From the NCBI RefSeq assembly GCF_009914755.1, contig NC_060926.1: a DNA stretch of 64,000 nucleotides. One strand, 5' to 3'. Both the position numbers and the translations under genes were made by a program. Origin of the DNA: the human T2T-CHM13v2.0 reference genome, Homo sapiens. The notes below the pieces were generated by a model, which was given only the letters and a program-made list of their open reading frames with translations, did no database searches and was not told the origin of the DNA. This document shows positions 1-11,790 of the stretch, in pieces (within the stretch, counting starts at the first letter, position 1; each line of letters opens with the position of its first letter).

Positions 1-267
1 AAAATGAGTTTATAGCCATAGAAATAAAAGCATAGTGTTCTTTGCATTTATATTTGAGAGAATTAAGTCACTATCCCTTTATCACCACACTCTTCTACTT
101 CCAGTCAGGTTAGGGAAGAAGATAATATTTTAACTAAGAATTTAATTCCTAAGAAGTATGCAGGTCAATATTTTACCTCTGTGTAGCTAAAAGCAGACAT
201 TAAGAAACCCCATAAATGCACAAATACAAGACAAGGTTGCTCCTTAAAATGTTTACTCAGAAAAGTT

Positions 268-670
268 TGTGGTAGATTTTGTTTTTGTCTTCAGTTATCT
301 GCTACCCTCCCTGTGAGAGGTTTACACATCCCTCCCAACTGCCATGTGACTTGCAGTGCCTCTCTGTGGGATGAATGTAATTCCCAGCCAGTGATGTTGA
401 GCATGACCATTTGACTGGCTTCCATTAATTGAATGTGAGTATGCAACATCTAAACAGAAGCTTTAAGTGCTATTGAACAATTCTTCTATGGGAATGCATG
501 TCATTGGCAGAGCCTACTCCACTTGTCTGGATTGCAGAATAACGAAGATACCTGGAAAAACAGCATGGAACTGACAAATAATGTGAATAAGAAATAAGCC
601 TGCTGTGAACAATTGAGATTGTAATGTTACTTGTTACTACTGCAAAACCTATCAGAAGCTCACTGATACA
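268..670 (+). mobile_element. Old MaLR solo LTR (MLT1I/J-like)
   Basis: TG...CA termini (TGTGGTAG ... CACTGATACA), MLT1-type 3' end, near-perfect 5-bp TSD AAGTT (263-267)/AAATT (671-675). Subfamily from memory. Confidence 0.7.
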
Positions 671-1261
671 AAATTACCTTATGTAAAAGTCCTTATGATT
701 TTTTCATTTGTAGAGTGCTGTTTTAATTACTTAATTTGAAAAAATAAGTGTGAGTTAGTAAAATAAACAAATAAAAATCCTCCAGCAAGGCTACTTGTGG
801 ATATCTCTGGGGTTCTCTTCAGTGAATTGATTGAAAAAGAGGCACAAAAAGTTAATGCAAACTTAGTAATTATTTCTTAAAATATGAACTCACAATTACA
901 AATATTAAATGCCATTGTAAGTTGGTATTTCAGAAGATTTCAAAGATTATTGTAAACAGCAATATATTCATGATGACTTTGCAAAATTTAAGAAGATATA
1001 CCTATAAAATTAATGGGATAAATAACAATTACATATCACCAAGAAAATAGTTACTTCTTACTGAGAACATTTTCACTGAAAAAACACATCAAGCTCAGAT
1101 TTTTGAAAAATGGTATATTCAAACATATTGGAAAGCAAGGAATATGTTGTATTCTGGAAATCTGTGTTAGGTGACTCAAAAATGACTCTAATGAGTACAG
1201 CTATACTGATTTTGAAGATGCACGTGAAAAAATAGAATATTATCAATTGTGGCTTTGATTA

Positions 1262-1299
1262 TACTAGTTTGGAAAATTTATGTACTAGTTTGGAAAATT
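1262..1299. repeat. 17-bp direct repeat TACTAGTTTGGAAAATT x2 (period 21)
   Basis: Identical copies at 1262-1278 and 1283-1299. Confidence 0.9.
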
Positions 1300-1324
1300 A
1301 ATGTTTTCCCTTGAGTAATGGAAA

Positions 1325-1325
<1 letters not shown>

Positions 1326-1356
<31 letters not shown>

Positions 1357-1359
1357 GTG
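1326..1359. repeat. (TG)n microsatellite
   Basis: About 17 TG units with one interruption. Confidence 0.95.
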
Positions 1360-2288
1360 AGTCAGAGAAACAGAGAGATAGCAGTGCCCAAATTAACAGC
1401 TTCTTTCTTGACAAATCAGCAATTCATGCTGGTGAACACATTTTGAAACGATCTTGTTCTACAAGACTTGGAGTACCAACACTCACCTTGGATTGCCTTT
1501 CCGGAGCACTTGAGGATTTATCCTAGACTGCGTGACTTAGGCTAGGGGAAATGTACTTTTAGGGGAAGATGTCGAACCATTGAACAAAACCAACACTTTT
1601 AATAAGGGATAGAATTTTCTGAAAATACAGAAAGGTATATGTGAAAATTTGCAGGCTTGAGGGACACAGAAAATGTAAAAACCAAGTTGAACCCATTTTA
1701 ATAACCATTTCTTGATTGGGTTATACTACCTACCCAGAAGCCTTCAGACCCACTTTAGCCCTGAAACACCTGAAGTTTTCTACAGAAGATAACTGTTCTC
1801 TGTAATGTTGACAACGGTTATCAGGAAGCTTATTCATATAACCTTATTCCTTATTCTTTTGACCTGTTTATTTGGCTTCATTTCTTCAATAGCATACCAA
1901 ATGAAACGATGGTGTTTTCACCCAGGCAGCCTGGCAAACCATTCTGAGATACTGGGTACAGGGTCCCACTTCCCTTCCATCCCTTTACAAGGTTTAGCTT
2001 AAAATTCTGATGTACAGGACTTTGGAATCAGCAAAAATTTTATAAGTCTGCCGCTAGATTAGATTGTATTGTGAAATCTAAAATGTGGAAGTGACACAAG
2101 AAATAGTTAAGTCCAGCCACCTTATCAAGACACATATACACATAAATTCAGCTGATTGGAAAGACAAATGTGCTTCAGGCATCAATGTGTGATCTTGGTG
2201 TAGCATTTCCTTCTTCAGAATATTCTTAGGCTCTTCAAGTTTTCATTCCATGGCATGATCCCAAACCATCAAGATTCTTAATGGATAT

Positions 2289-2423
2289 TGTAGTGTTTTG
2301 AATTGTGCCCTCCAAAAAGATAATTTCAAAGCCTAACTCCCTATACCTATAAATGAGACCTCATTTGGAAATATAGTCTTTGCAGTTGTAACTTAAGAAT
2401 CTCAAAATCATACTGGATTTAGG
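2289..2423 (+). mobile_element. MLT1B/C-like LTR 5' fragment
   Basis: TGTAGTGTTTTGAATTGTGCCCTCCAAAAAGATA...ACCTCATTTGGAAATATAGTCTTTGCAG resembles the MLT1B/C start. Confidence 0.65.
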
Positions 2424-3434
2424 AAGTTCTAAGGAAAGCAGTGTGCTGAATTACATTTTGTAAACTGTTTCTTTTAGAGCTTTTGTAAATCACAGAGTTT
2501 CACTCTCCTGCAATATATTATACTTATTATGTGGCGCCTTTATTTTGCGAATCTATTGGTCACAAATTTTATTTCTTGGCTTCAATCATTTGATAAAATT
2601 ATCTTGTGGTGTGTTTATGGCATGCTTATCAAATAGCATTCAAATATTTGTTATAGTTTTATGTTGCAAAATTGGGCTTTAATTATTTATTACACTATAA
2701 TCCTACAAGAAAGACTCAACAGTTTCTGGTTGTTTGGTGGAAAGTTCCCAGGAATATATGCCTGAACTATAATAATATTCATCAAACATGGATAGAGAAG
2801 AGAAGTTTTAGAAATCTTCATGGACACCAATGTTGAATCAAATTATTCATGATAATATCATTTAAATACATAATTTTATAAAAGTTTTAAGCATGCAAGT
2901 CCATGACCATAAAGCAAAGCAAATGATAAAATTCAAAATAAAACTAAAAATCCATTATAATTTGAATAAACTATATTAACATGATAGATGATATTGTTTT
3001 CCTGAAACTAAATTGGTAATCTTTAATTTACTAATAGAAATGTATTTGCATATTCTATGTTTCACTTGGGACTTACTAGCTTCATTGGATTTTGAGCACG
3101 GTGAATCAGCAATTAAATCATCCTCATTATTATTACTTTTACAATTACTTCATTTTAACCACAAATCCATAATTGTAAGTCATTTACTTGTATATGCTAA
3201 AACACAACATTGTAATAAAAACTTCTAATATAAATTACTTATTGTCCAATTACTACTATACTTTCTGTATAAAAAGTAATTTTAATTGACATGGTCTGTT
3301 ATAACATTTGTTTTGTAGTGGATAGTATTATTAAAATTAGGCACTTTTGCTCTTTCTTTGCATTATATTTTCTTAGAGTTTTTGTTAGAAATGACTGCTG
3401 AATTTATCAAATGCCGTTTCAGCATCTGCCAATG

Positions 3435-3466
3435 GTGTGTGTGTGTTTATGTGTGTGTGTGTGTGT
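3435..3466. repeat. (TG)n microsatellite
   Basis: Interrupted TG run next to an L1 relic. Confidence 0.9.
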
Positions 3467-3469
3467 AGT

Positions 3470-4240
3470 TCTAATCAATTTTGTCACTTGTAGATTTATA
3501 AAGTTACTGCCACAATCAAGATACAGAACTGTTCCATTATCACAAAGGTTTCCCTTGTGCTACCCCTTAATATTTGTACCCACTCCAATTTCTGTCCCCC
3601 TGGCAATGACTAATATGTTCATCTCTATAACTTTGTCGTTTCAAGAATGTAATATAAATGAAATCACACAGTGTGTAATCTTTTGAGATTGGATTTTTTT
3701 TTTACTCAACATAATGACCTTAACTTCATTCAAGTAGTTGCAGTATATCAATGATGTATTATTTTATTGTGTGGAGTAGCATTCCCTTATATAGATTTGC
3801 CACAATTTCTTTAATCATTCCCTCACTGAGGGCACTGGAATTGTTTTCAACTTTTGATGATTTTGCAAATAAAGCTTTACAAATACTCTGCTATGTTTAC
3901 AGGTTTTTTTTTATGGACATAAGTTTTCAGTACTCTGCAATAAATGCCCAGGAGTGTAACTGCTGACTTATATAGTATGTTTTGTTTCATAAGAAATTTC
4001 TAAACTATTTTCCAAAGAAGTTGTACCACTTTACATTTCTACCAAGGATATATCCCAAGGATACATCAAAGATCTACTCTTTCTCATTTGGTATTGGTAC
4101 CAAATGCTGGTATCAGTACCATCATTTGATATTGTCACTATTTTTCAATGTTACCTGTTTTAATATATATGTAATAATATGCTTTTTAGCTTGTATTTGC
4201 TTAATGGCAAAATATTTAATATCTGTTTCCATGCATAATT
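3470..4240 (-). mobile_element. Ancient L1M (L1MC/MB-like) 3' region
   Basis: Antisense L1M 3'UTR motifs (CCACAATCAAGATACAGAAC; GAATGTAATATAAATGAAATCACACAG; AAATGCCCAGGAGTG). Confidence 0.7.
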
Positions 4241-4264
4241 GTTATAACATCACATTTGTTGATA

Positions 4265-4764
4265 TCGTTGAACTTACCATAATATCTCAAGACAACCTAT
4301 TAATGAAACAAAACTGAATTTATTTAAGCTCACTGCAGTAAGGGAGAAAACTACTTAACAGAGATTTAGCAGTGCCTCAGGAGGAAAGTCAGAATTGGTA
4401 TATTTATAGGTCTTTGGTGTCTGGGCTCAGTGGTTTAAAGTAGCTCTTTCAAAGTAGAGGACTGATTAAGATTGGGCAAGTTTTCAGATACAATAGTTTT
4501 TAGACTGGTAGACATAGCAAAGTAAAGGCCTTGAAGCAAGTTTGATAAGTAGAATGTCATTTAGTAGGTAAACAACCCAGGTCAGAAGACCCAGGTCTTT
4601 GATAAATAGCTCTGGAAGAATTTTATTAAAAAAAATATAAAATTATTTTTTAGTTTGTAGTTCTTTCCTAGGCAAGGTTTTTCTGAAACAAATAGCCAGG
4701 TCGTGTTGACATAGATGGTCTAGTTTCATCCAAATCATGCTGACACAGACACTCTCAGTCCTCA
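4265..4764 (-). mobile_element. Probable old ERV solo LTR inserted within L1M relics (family uncertain)
   Basis: Antisense poly(A) signal (TTTATT) and TATA-like TATTTATA spaced as in a reversed LTR; lies between two L1M relics. Confidence 0.4.
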
Positions 4765-4769
4765 ATAAT

Positions 4770-5170
4770 GAATTGTATTAGAAATTTCCAGCTACTTATC
4801 TACTCTTGAATTTGTGAAATAAACCCTACTTTTTTATGAAGCATTTTACTCTCTTATGAATTATTAGATTTTACTTAAAATTTTAATCGGAATTATTATA
4901 TATACTCAAGTGCAATTGACTTACAAAGTTCTTTTTCGCATTATAATTTTGTCAGGTTTGGGGATTAAAGTTATGCTGGCTTCAGAGTATGAATTAAGCT
5001 CTCCACAATTTCAACACTCTGGTATATTATAAATACATTTGAAATTATCCAGTCTTTGAAGCTTAGGTGAATTCATCTGTAAACTCCATCTGGTCATTGT
5101 GCTTTTTTCCCATAAAAGATCTTTATTCACCTTTCAATTTTCTTCAATGGCCATAGCCTATTTCTTTTTT
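4770..5170 (-). mobile_element. Ancient L1M ORF2 relic
   Basis: TTGTCAGGTTTGGGGATTAAAGTTATGCTGGCTTCA...GAATTCATCTGTAAACTCCATCTGGTC is an antisense L1 RT-region pattern. Confidence 0.6.
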
Positions 5171-5437
5171 CACTCCTTCCAGGCTAAATATTCTTGCATT
5201 GTTCCCTTCTCCTTTGTTTTTTAATGTCTTTCTTCCTTTATTTTTATGTGCCTTCATGCTGGTTCCTCCTCCTATTAGTCTGATTCTAGGATAGGCATAA
5301 TTCTCATCCTAAGAGAATTTATAAAGTCAGAAAGTCCAGGGTTGAATTTCCTGTGCCTACGAACTGTGGGTTGTGTAAAAATGGAAAATACAGTTAAATT
5401 GACTAAACTTCAATTTTTGTCATAAATAAATTTAATA

Positions 5438-5829
5438 TGTGTTGTAGGTCAGTGTACAGACCATGACTTCAGGAATTAGGCATTCCTGATCCCTATTTGC
5501 TAATGACTCCCAGCTAAGTGCTTTTGCAGGAATTGCCCTCAACCATTGGTAAACTCCCAGCTCAATGAGTGGTCAGTGTGCAGACACAATGTCCTAGCCA
5601 TTTTGCCTTAGCTCAGGCCAAATCTGAAGGGTAACCCCCACTGTGGTGTTCCCCTTGAGATCACCTGATGCCTCTGTTGCAAATGTCTCACAGTTCAACT
5701 CCTCCCTTTGACCAGCCCTGCAATCCTCATCCATTTACAGGCATTGTTCCCGAGAGCACTCCCCAGTAAACCTCTTTCCAGCAAGTCTCCATCTCTGAAT
5801 ACGTTTCCTGGCTTACCCCACCTAAGTCA
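5438..5829 (+). mobile_element. LTR16-family (ERVL) solo LTR inserted in a MIR
   Basis: GCAGGAATTGCCCTCA...CCCGAGAGCACTCCCCAGTAAACC...ACCCCACCTAAGTCA is typical of LTR16; MIR-like pieces flank it (about 5325-5385 and 5830-5930). Confidence 0.7.
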
Positions 5830-7815
5830 GAAAATTGGTGTGATACTAATGCCCACCTCTTAAAGCTGTTGGCATGTATAATGAGGTTTTAGACACACAG
5901 TGTTCGTAACACGAGCTTTTAAGTGTTACTCTTTATTTTTACAATAGAGTGTTAAGAAAGAAACTTTTCTCTACTCAGACTTTTGGCTACCACCACAAAG
6001 CAGAGGAAAATAGCTGATTAATTTTTATATATTGTTGAGATAAATGGTAGCCACATCCATAGAGACCTTAAAAGATGCCAGAACTGGTCCTGCTTTGTCT
6101 ATCACTATCATCTACTTTTCACCTTTGTAAAGACTAGAAATTCTAAAGGAGATTGTTTCAAAGGAGTTTATACAAGTAGAGATATACTTGGCTTACTGCT
6201 CTGTCCCCCCACCCTAAGCATACACATGAGACCATGAAGCATGACCAAAGGGATTTGGGAAAAACTTAAATGCTGTCCCTGGCATTTTGAGGGCATACAT
6301 GAACAAAGAAGCCTGCACCTGCTTCTCACACAGGGAAGGCTGAAGGAAGGAAGGAGCTTGGATCTGCCTGGGATGGCAAGACAAGGAAAATGCAGATAGT
6401 ATTGAACAAGTATCACTTCTACTATTTGTCAAGCAAAGAGGCATTTCTTACCAGTGGAAAAGTCACTGCTACAGGGCACAACTATGCCTCCCCATCACGG
6501 TGATGGTAATGGGAAGGTGAAGGATGGGTAATGGGAAGATAATGTGGGTGGTGGTACTAATATAGTCTGCACTTGGAGAAGAAGCCTGTAAGGAGATAGC
6601 CAAAACTGTAGTACCTTTTCAGGAAACTGGGCAATGTGGAAGGTAGCTTCAGAATAAATTTTCAAAGATAGAACAAATGGATCCATGAAAGATGTTTGCC
6701 TCACGAAAGATGGATGTCTGCCATGGCAGAAATGATCAACAGCTAGATGATGACTTCTTACTCTCTTTAATTCCTCCTCCCTAAGATCCAATTCTGGAAG
6801 AGACAACAGGAGCATGAAAAAGTTGTGGCAGTTTTAAATTCTATTTGCATTTTTTGACATTCCTCCAATCAAAAGGTGACATCTAATTTCCCTAACCTTG
6901 AAATGAGCTAGCATTATTATTAAACTAATCAAAATTTCTGTATTGATGCTTTAGTGGAGATTCTATTTAACACTATATATACGAATTGCAATTTTTTTAA
7001 ACTCCATTTAGAGCCCTTTTTAAATTTGGAAAATTAACCACATTAAACTAAATAGAGTAGGGTTTTTACTCTTACTTCAGTTATATTATTTTGTTTTCTA
7101 TTTCCTTGTTTTATTTTCTTCCTATGTGTTGTATAAATTAGGAATATTTTTCTTCTAGTAAAATGACTTGTTACAGATGGATTTTATCATATATATGGTT
7201 AGATGCAATTCTTTATAAAACATTTAAATCTATATTTCTCAATTTAGCAACATTGAATATGAGATTATCATTCGAGTACATGGAAATGATGAAAATATTA
7301 GTCATACTTGTATTTCTTTTTAACTATCGCTCATAATCTTGCCCTCCCATTCAATTACTATATTTTCTACAATGTTGATTTTCTTTTCTTGATCTATAAC
7401 TTATTTTTACTATGGTATTTTTTCCTTTCTTTAAATTCTTTAAGTAGGTCATTTTTTATTTGTTATTGTAGTGTGTACTCTTATCTCTTATTTTCCCTTG
7501 CTTTATATTAGCTGCATTTTATTTTGCTTTCTTTAAAATCACAAAATGATGTCAAGAATGCAGTTCTGATACATGAACTAAATATTTCTAAAACAGATGC
7601 AATTCTCATACTTCTTGTATGCCTTATTCAAATCCTTTCATTTCATAGAATCTTTTCTTAAGTTTTGATTGTTCTGATTTTTTTTGGTAACAGAAATTTG
7701 GTGGAGATTTTCCCTTTCGATGTCAATTACTGCTAAAATCTCAAAGCTTCAATAAATAGATAAGCACCAACACATTCTAAAGGGTGGTTATATCTCTTTG
7801 GGGCTGGTTTAACTA

Positions 7816-8431
7816 TTTAGCAGACACATCCTAAGGTGACCCCCCAGTATGTCATGCCCACCCTTGTATATTCCCCTACCCTTTAGTAGAGGTAGAATCT
7901 ATGCTTTGCTTCTCAACAAGAGAAAAAGGCAAAGATAACGGAATACCAATTTCTTGATTAGGTTATCTGTCAAAGTGATTGAAAATCACTTATATAATTT
8001 ATATATAAGTATTTAAGACTCTAAGACTCCCACTCAGCTAACTGCAGAAAAATACTCTGCTTCTAGCTTTCAAGAGGCAAGGAGATATATTGAAAATTAC
8101 CTACAAGAAGGATCACATAGCAGGGAACTCTGGGCAACATCAAATACCTGATAACAGCCTCCACCCTGTAGACAGTAAGGAGCTGAGGCCCTCATACAGC
8201 TGTAAGGAAATGAATATTGCCAACTGTCTGCATGGACATGGAAGCAGATCTTTTCAATTTTAGTCTCCAGGTTAGAACACAGCCTGTCCAACACTTTGAT
8301 TATAACCTTGTAAGACCCTAAGTCAAGGACTCAGTCAGGCCACCTGACCCAAAGGAAATTGTGAAATAATATGTATTGTCTTAAGCTGATAAATTTGTGG
8401 TGGTTTGTTACATAGTAATAGAAAACTGATA
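7816..8431 (+). mobile_element. MLT1E-type MaLR solo LTR
   Basis: GCAGACACATCCTAAGGTGACCCCC start and TTGTTACATAGTAATAGAAAACTGATA end. Confidence 0.75.
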
Positions 8432-8534
8432 GAATTATTAATAGTTCTGCATCTGTTCCTCAATCATCCAGCTCCAGCCCTCTTTATATAAATACAAAAG
8501 AGACTATAAACTGAAGAGAGAAGTATTGAGATAG

Positions 8535-9580
8535 TGTAATGTAACCCTAGCTAGTGGGAATGACCTTTGAGGCTTTTTTTCCTCCTTATGGAGGAGAATT
8601 GTTTCGCATACTCACCCAGCCCAAGTCAAGTGAGTAGAGATCTAAGAAAACTATGGAGATTGTGGGTTTCTGAAGAGCTGGAACTGACCCACCTCGTAGT
8701 AAGAAACTTCTTGTAAGAATGTTTCATGTATCACTGGAATTTGAAGAGATATATAAACAAGGCGCCGTTCTTGACCTTGTTTGTAAAAGTCTGGCTTCTG
8801 TCAACAACAACTCAGGAAGATAGGGTTTGAGAGGAAAGACAGTAAACAATCATTTGTCAAGACAAAAATCTCTGAATTTCCGCAGAGATGAGCCATTATT
8901 TTACCTTCTTGAAGAATACCCAATCCAAGATGTGGTTGGCCAGACTGGAGACAAAGGTCTAAGGTTGCAGGGTATAATTTTAAGAGCAGAACTGACATGG
9001 AGGCAGTGAAAGGTCACTCAGCAAACTTATTCTCCAGGTCAGGAAACTCTGCAGTGCAGAAATCCATATGGTGCTTCCAAATAAGCCCACAAATGCATCA
9101 CATAAGACAGCCTCTACCAGCAATCAAGTGCCTGCCACAGAAGACACTGACAAAATTATATCAATAGCAGTGATTTAATACTTTTCTCTCTTTTCCTATG
9201 AAAGCCCCTTCCACTAATTTGGCACTGGGAGATCCAGCAGGAGGAGAAGAAGATGAAGGACAAGTGAATAGACAGATCATGTTTTGTTTTGTATTTTTTT
9301 CCCGCATAAATTCCCTAAGCCCTGAGTCAGTTATAAAATTGGAGTAGAAGAGAAATTTTTGCCCTTATGGGAGTTTGCTATTTTAAATTAAACTCTGCTG
9401 GACTTGAATTTGTTTTAACCCTGTGAATGATCAGAAATAAATGGGATTTGTGTGGTATCACCAAGGGACAGAAAAAGGGAAGGTAATAGGACCAAATCAA
9501 AGGCAGTAGTAGGAGAAAAATAGAAATTGCTTTTTCTGGCATTTTCCCTATCAAGTACAGCCATTTATATTATCTAATTG
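8535..9580 (+). mobile_element. LTR78-like ancient LTR
   Basis: 3' block CTGGACTTGAA...AAAGGCAGTAGTAGGAGAAAAATAGAAATTGCTT resembles the LTR78/78B end. Boundaries approximate. Confidence 0.55.
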
Positions 9581-9678
9581 CCTCTTTTCCCCTTGTTTAT
9601 TTATTCCTAAAACAGGGAAGATCTCTCCAGAACCCTACTCAATGAAGGGAGATCCTCTTTGCATTCTTTCACTCATGT

Positions 9679-9724
9679 GCTTTTTGATTCTTTCAATCAA
9701 GCGCTTTTTGATTCTTTCAATCAA
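9679..9724. repeat. 22-bp tandem duplication GCTTTTTGATTCTTTCAATCAA x2 (period 24)
   Basis: Identical copies at 9679-9700 and 9703-9724. Confidence 0.9.
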
Positions 9725-10587
9725 AGGGTAGACAGGACTGGGAGATGCTGAAGTTTTCTGTCACCCATTCAATTGTTAACCAGTCTGAGGAAGGTAAGAT
9801 GCAATCTATAATTATGAGCAAAACTAACTAGAGAATGTTGCTTCTGCACAATTGTTTTTCTTATATTGACTAAAAAGTATTACACTACAAGCAGCCTTTT
9901 TAACTCTGGAGTTCCATTATCTTATACTCAAGGTATACAGTGTTGGTAATTCTGATCTCCTAACTCGAATTTTGTTGACCAGAGTTGGGGGAACACTATA
10001 TCCTGGGAATGATGCACTGTACCCGCAGAGTTTTGAAATGTTTTACATCAGAATACTTGGGCCACATTATCATGAGATTTGACTGAACCCAGCTCAGTTG
10101 ACTATCAACTTCTTAATAATATGGCTGTATATTATGAAGCAGTTTTCTAGCATTTGCTTTGATATCTGTTGGCTGGAAATGGCAAAAATAGATAAATTCT
10201 GTCCATTTTTACCCTGAATATTTGTCCTATGCTCTTGCTCCTCCAAATTAGGAAATTTTTCTTCAGGCTTCACACATACTCTGCCAAGCTGAAGAATCTT
10301 CTTATTATTTATAAGTACTATTTTATTTATGTACAAGTAGAAATGGCTGAACATTTAGATTTATTGAGGGCACTCCTTGTTTGCATTTGTTGTTTTCATG
10401 ATGTAACTATAAATAGAGCCCCTTTTATCAAAAGTAACTTATATGTGCCACAGTTTATATCCTTATGCTATTGAGAAATCAAGTCAAGCATCGCTTTAAC
10501 CTTCTTATTACACAACCTAGCACTTATTCTTACAGGCTGCTGATGCTGTCTCAAAGTGTTCGTGATTCTTGTTGGATAAAGGGGCTC

Positions 10588-10964
10588 TGATATGGTTTGT
10601 CTCTGTGTCCCTACCCAAATCTCATCTCAAATTGTAATCCCCACATGTAGAGGGAGGGACCTGGTGGGAAGTGATTGGATCATGGGGGAAGTTTCCTCCA
10701 TGCTGTTCTCCTAATAGTGAAGGACTTCTCACAAGATCTGATGGTTTTAAAAAGTGTTTGGCAGATTCCCCCACCCTCCCCCCTTCTCTCTTTCTATCTA
10801 CTGCTGCCTTGTGAAGAAGATGTTTGCTTCCCCTTCTGCCATGATTGTAAGTTTCCCGAAGGTCCCCAGCCATGTGAAACTGAGAGTCAATTAAACCTCT
10901 TTCCTTTATAAATTACTCAATCTCAGGTAGTATCTTTATAACTGTGTGAGGATTGACTAATACA
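10588..10964 (+). mobile_element. THE1D/THE1C MaLR solo LTR
   Basis: TGATATGGTTTG...GACTAATACA with perfect 5-bp TSD GGCTC (10583-10587/10965-10969). Confidence 0.92.
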
Positions 10965-11493
10965 GGCTCCAAGTAGAGTAAAATTAATCTCACTGCCATC
11001 ACAACTTGCCTTTGCCTTCAGATCTTGACCTCCATCACTGCAATTTTCACAATGGCATATTACTTTTTCCAGGAAAGGAGTTATAAGTCCTTTAGTGACT
11101 TGGAGTTATAGTCCACTGGTGACTTCTCTCTCAGTTTGTTCCTTTCTACTCTATAGATTGTCAATATTCCTATTTTATAATGTGTAGTTCACTATCATCT
11201 AGTTTGATAACTCACAAAGATTTATTTTTTCCTATTTAAGTTTTCCTCAACCATTTCAGTAATTTTTAAGAGGAGTATTTAGAAATGTATTCTACAAGGT
11301 TTTTTGTGTGTTTGAGCGTGAAATTATTTGAGTATAAGATTAAAAATTTACAAGTTCTGCTGAATATATAATCTTATTTAAACCAATGAAGGCTTTTCTT
11401 GTTTGGCATGTAGGAAAAAATTAGTTTTCATACATATATGGCAACTCTTCCCAAAATATTTCTTCTTCTGAGGTCTAATTTACCAGCAGAGGA

Positions 11494-11790
11494 TTTTTTT
11501 TTTTTTTTTTTGACAGAGTCTCACTCTTGTCACCCAGGCTGGAGTGCAGTGGCCGATCTCAGCTCACTGCAACCTCTGCCTCCTGGGTTCAAGTGATTCT
11601 CCTACCTCAGGCTCCCGAGTAGCTCGGACTACAGGCACGTGCCACCATGCCTGGCTAATTTTTTTTTTTTTTAGTAGAGATGGGGTTTCACTGTGTCAGC
11701 CAGAATGGTCTTGATCTCCTGATCTCACGATCTGCCCACCTCAGCCTCCCCAAGTGCTGGGATTACAGGCGTGAGCCACCGCACCCGGCC
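11494..11790 (-). mobile_element. Alu (AluS, Sc-like)
   Basis: Poly-T, full antisense dimer, ends ...CACCCGGCC. Confidence 0.95.
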
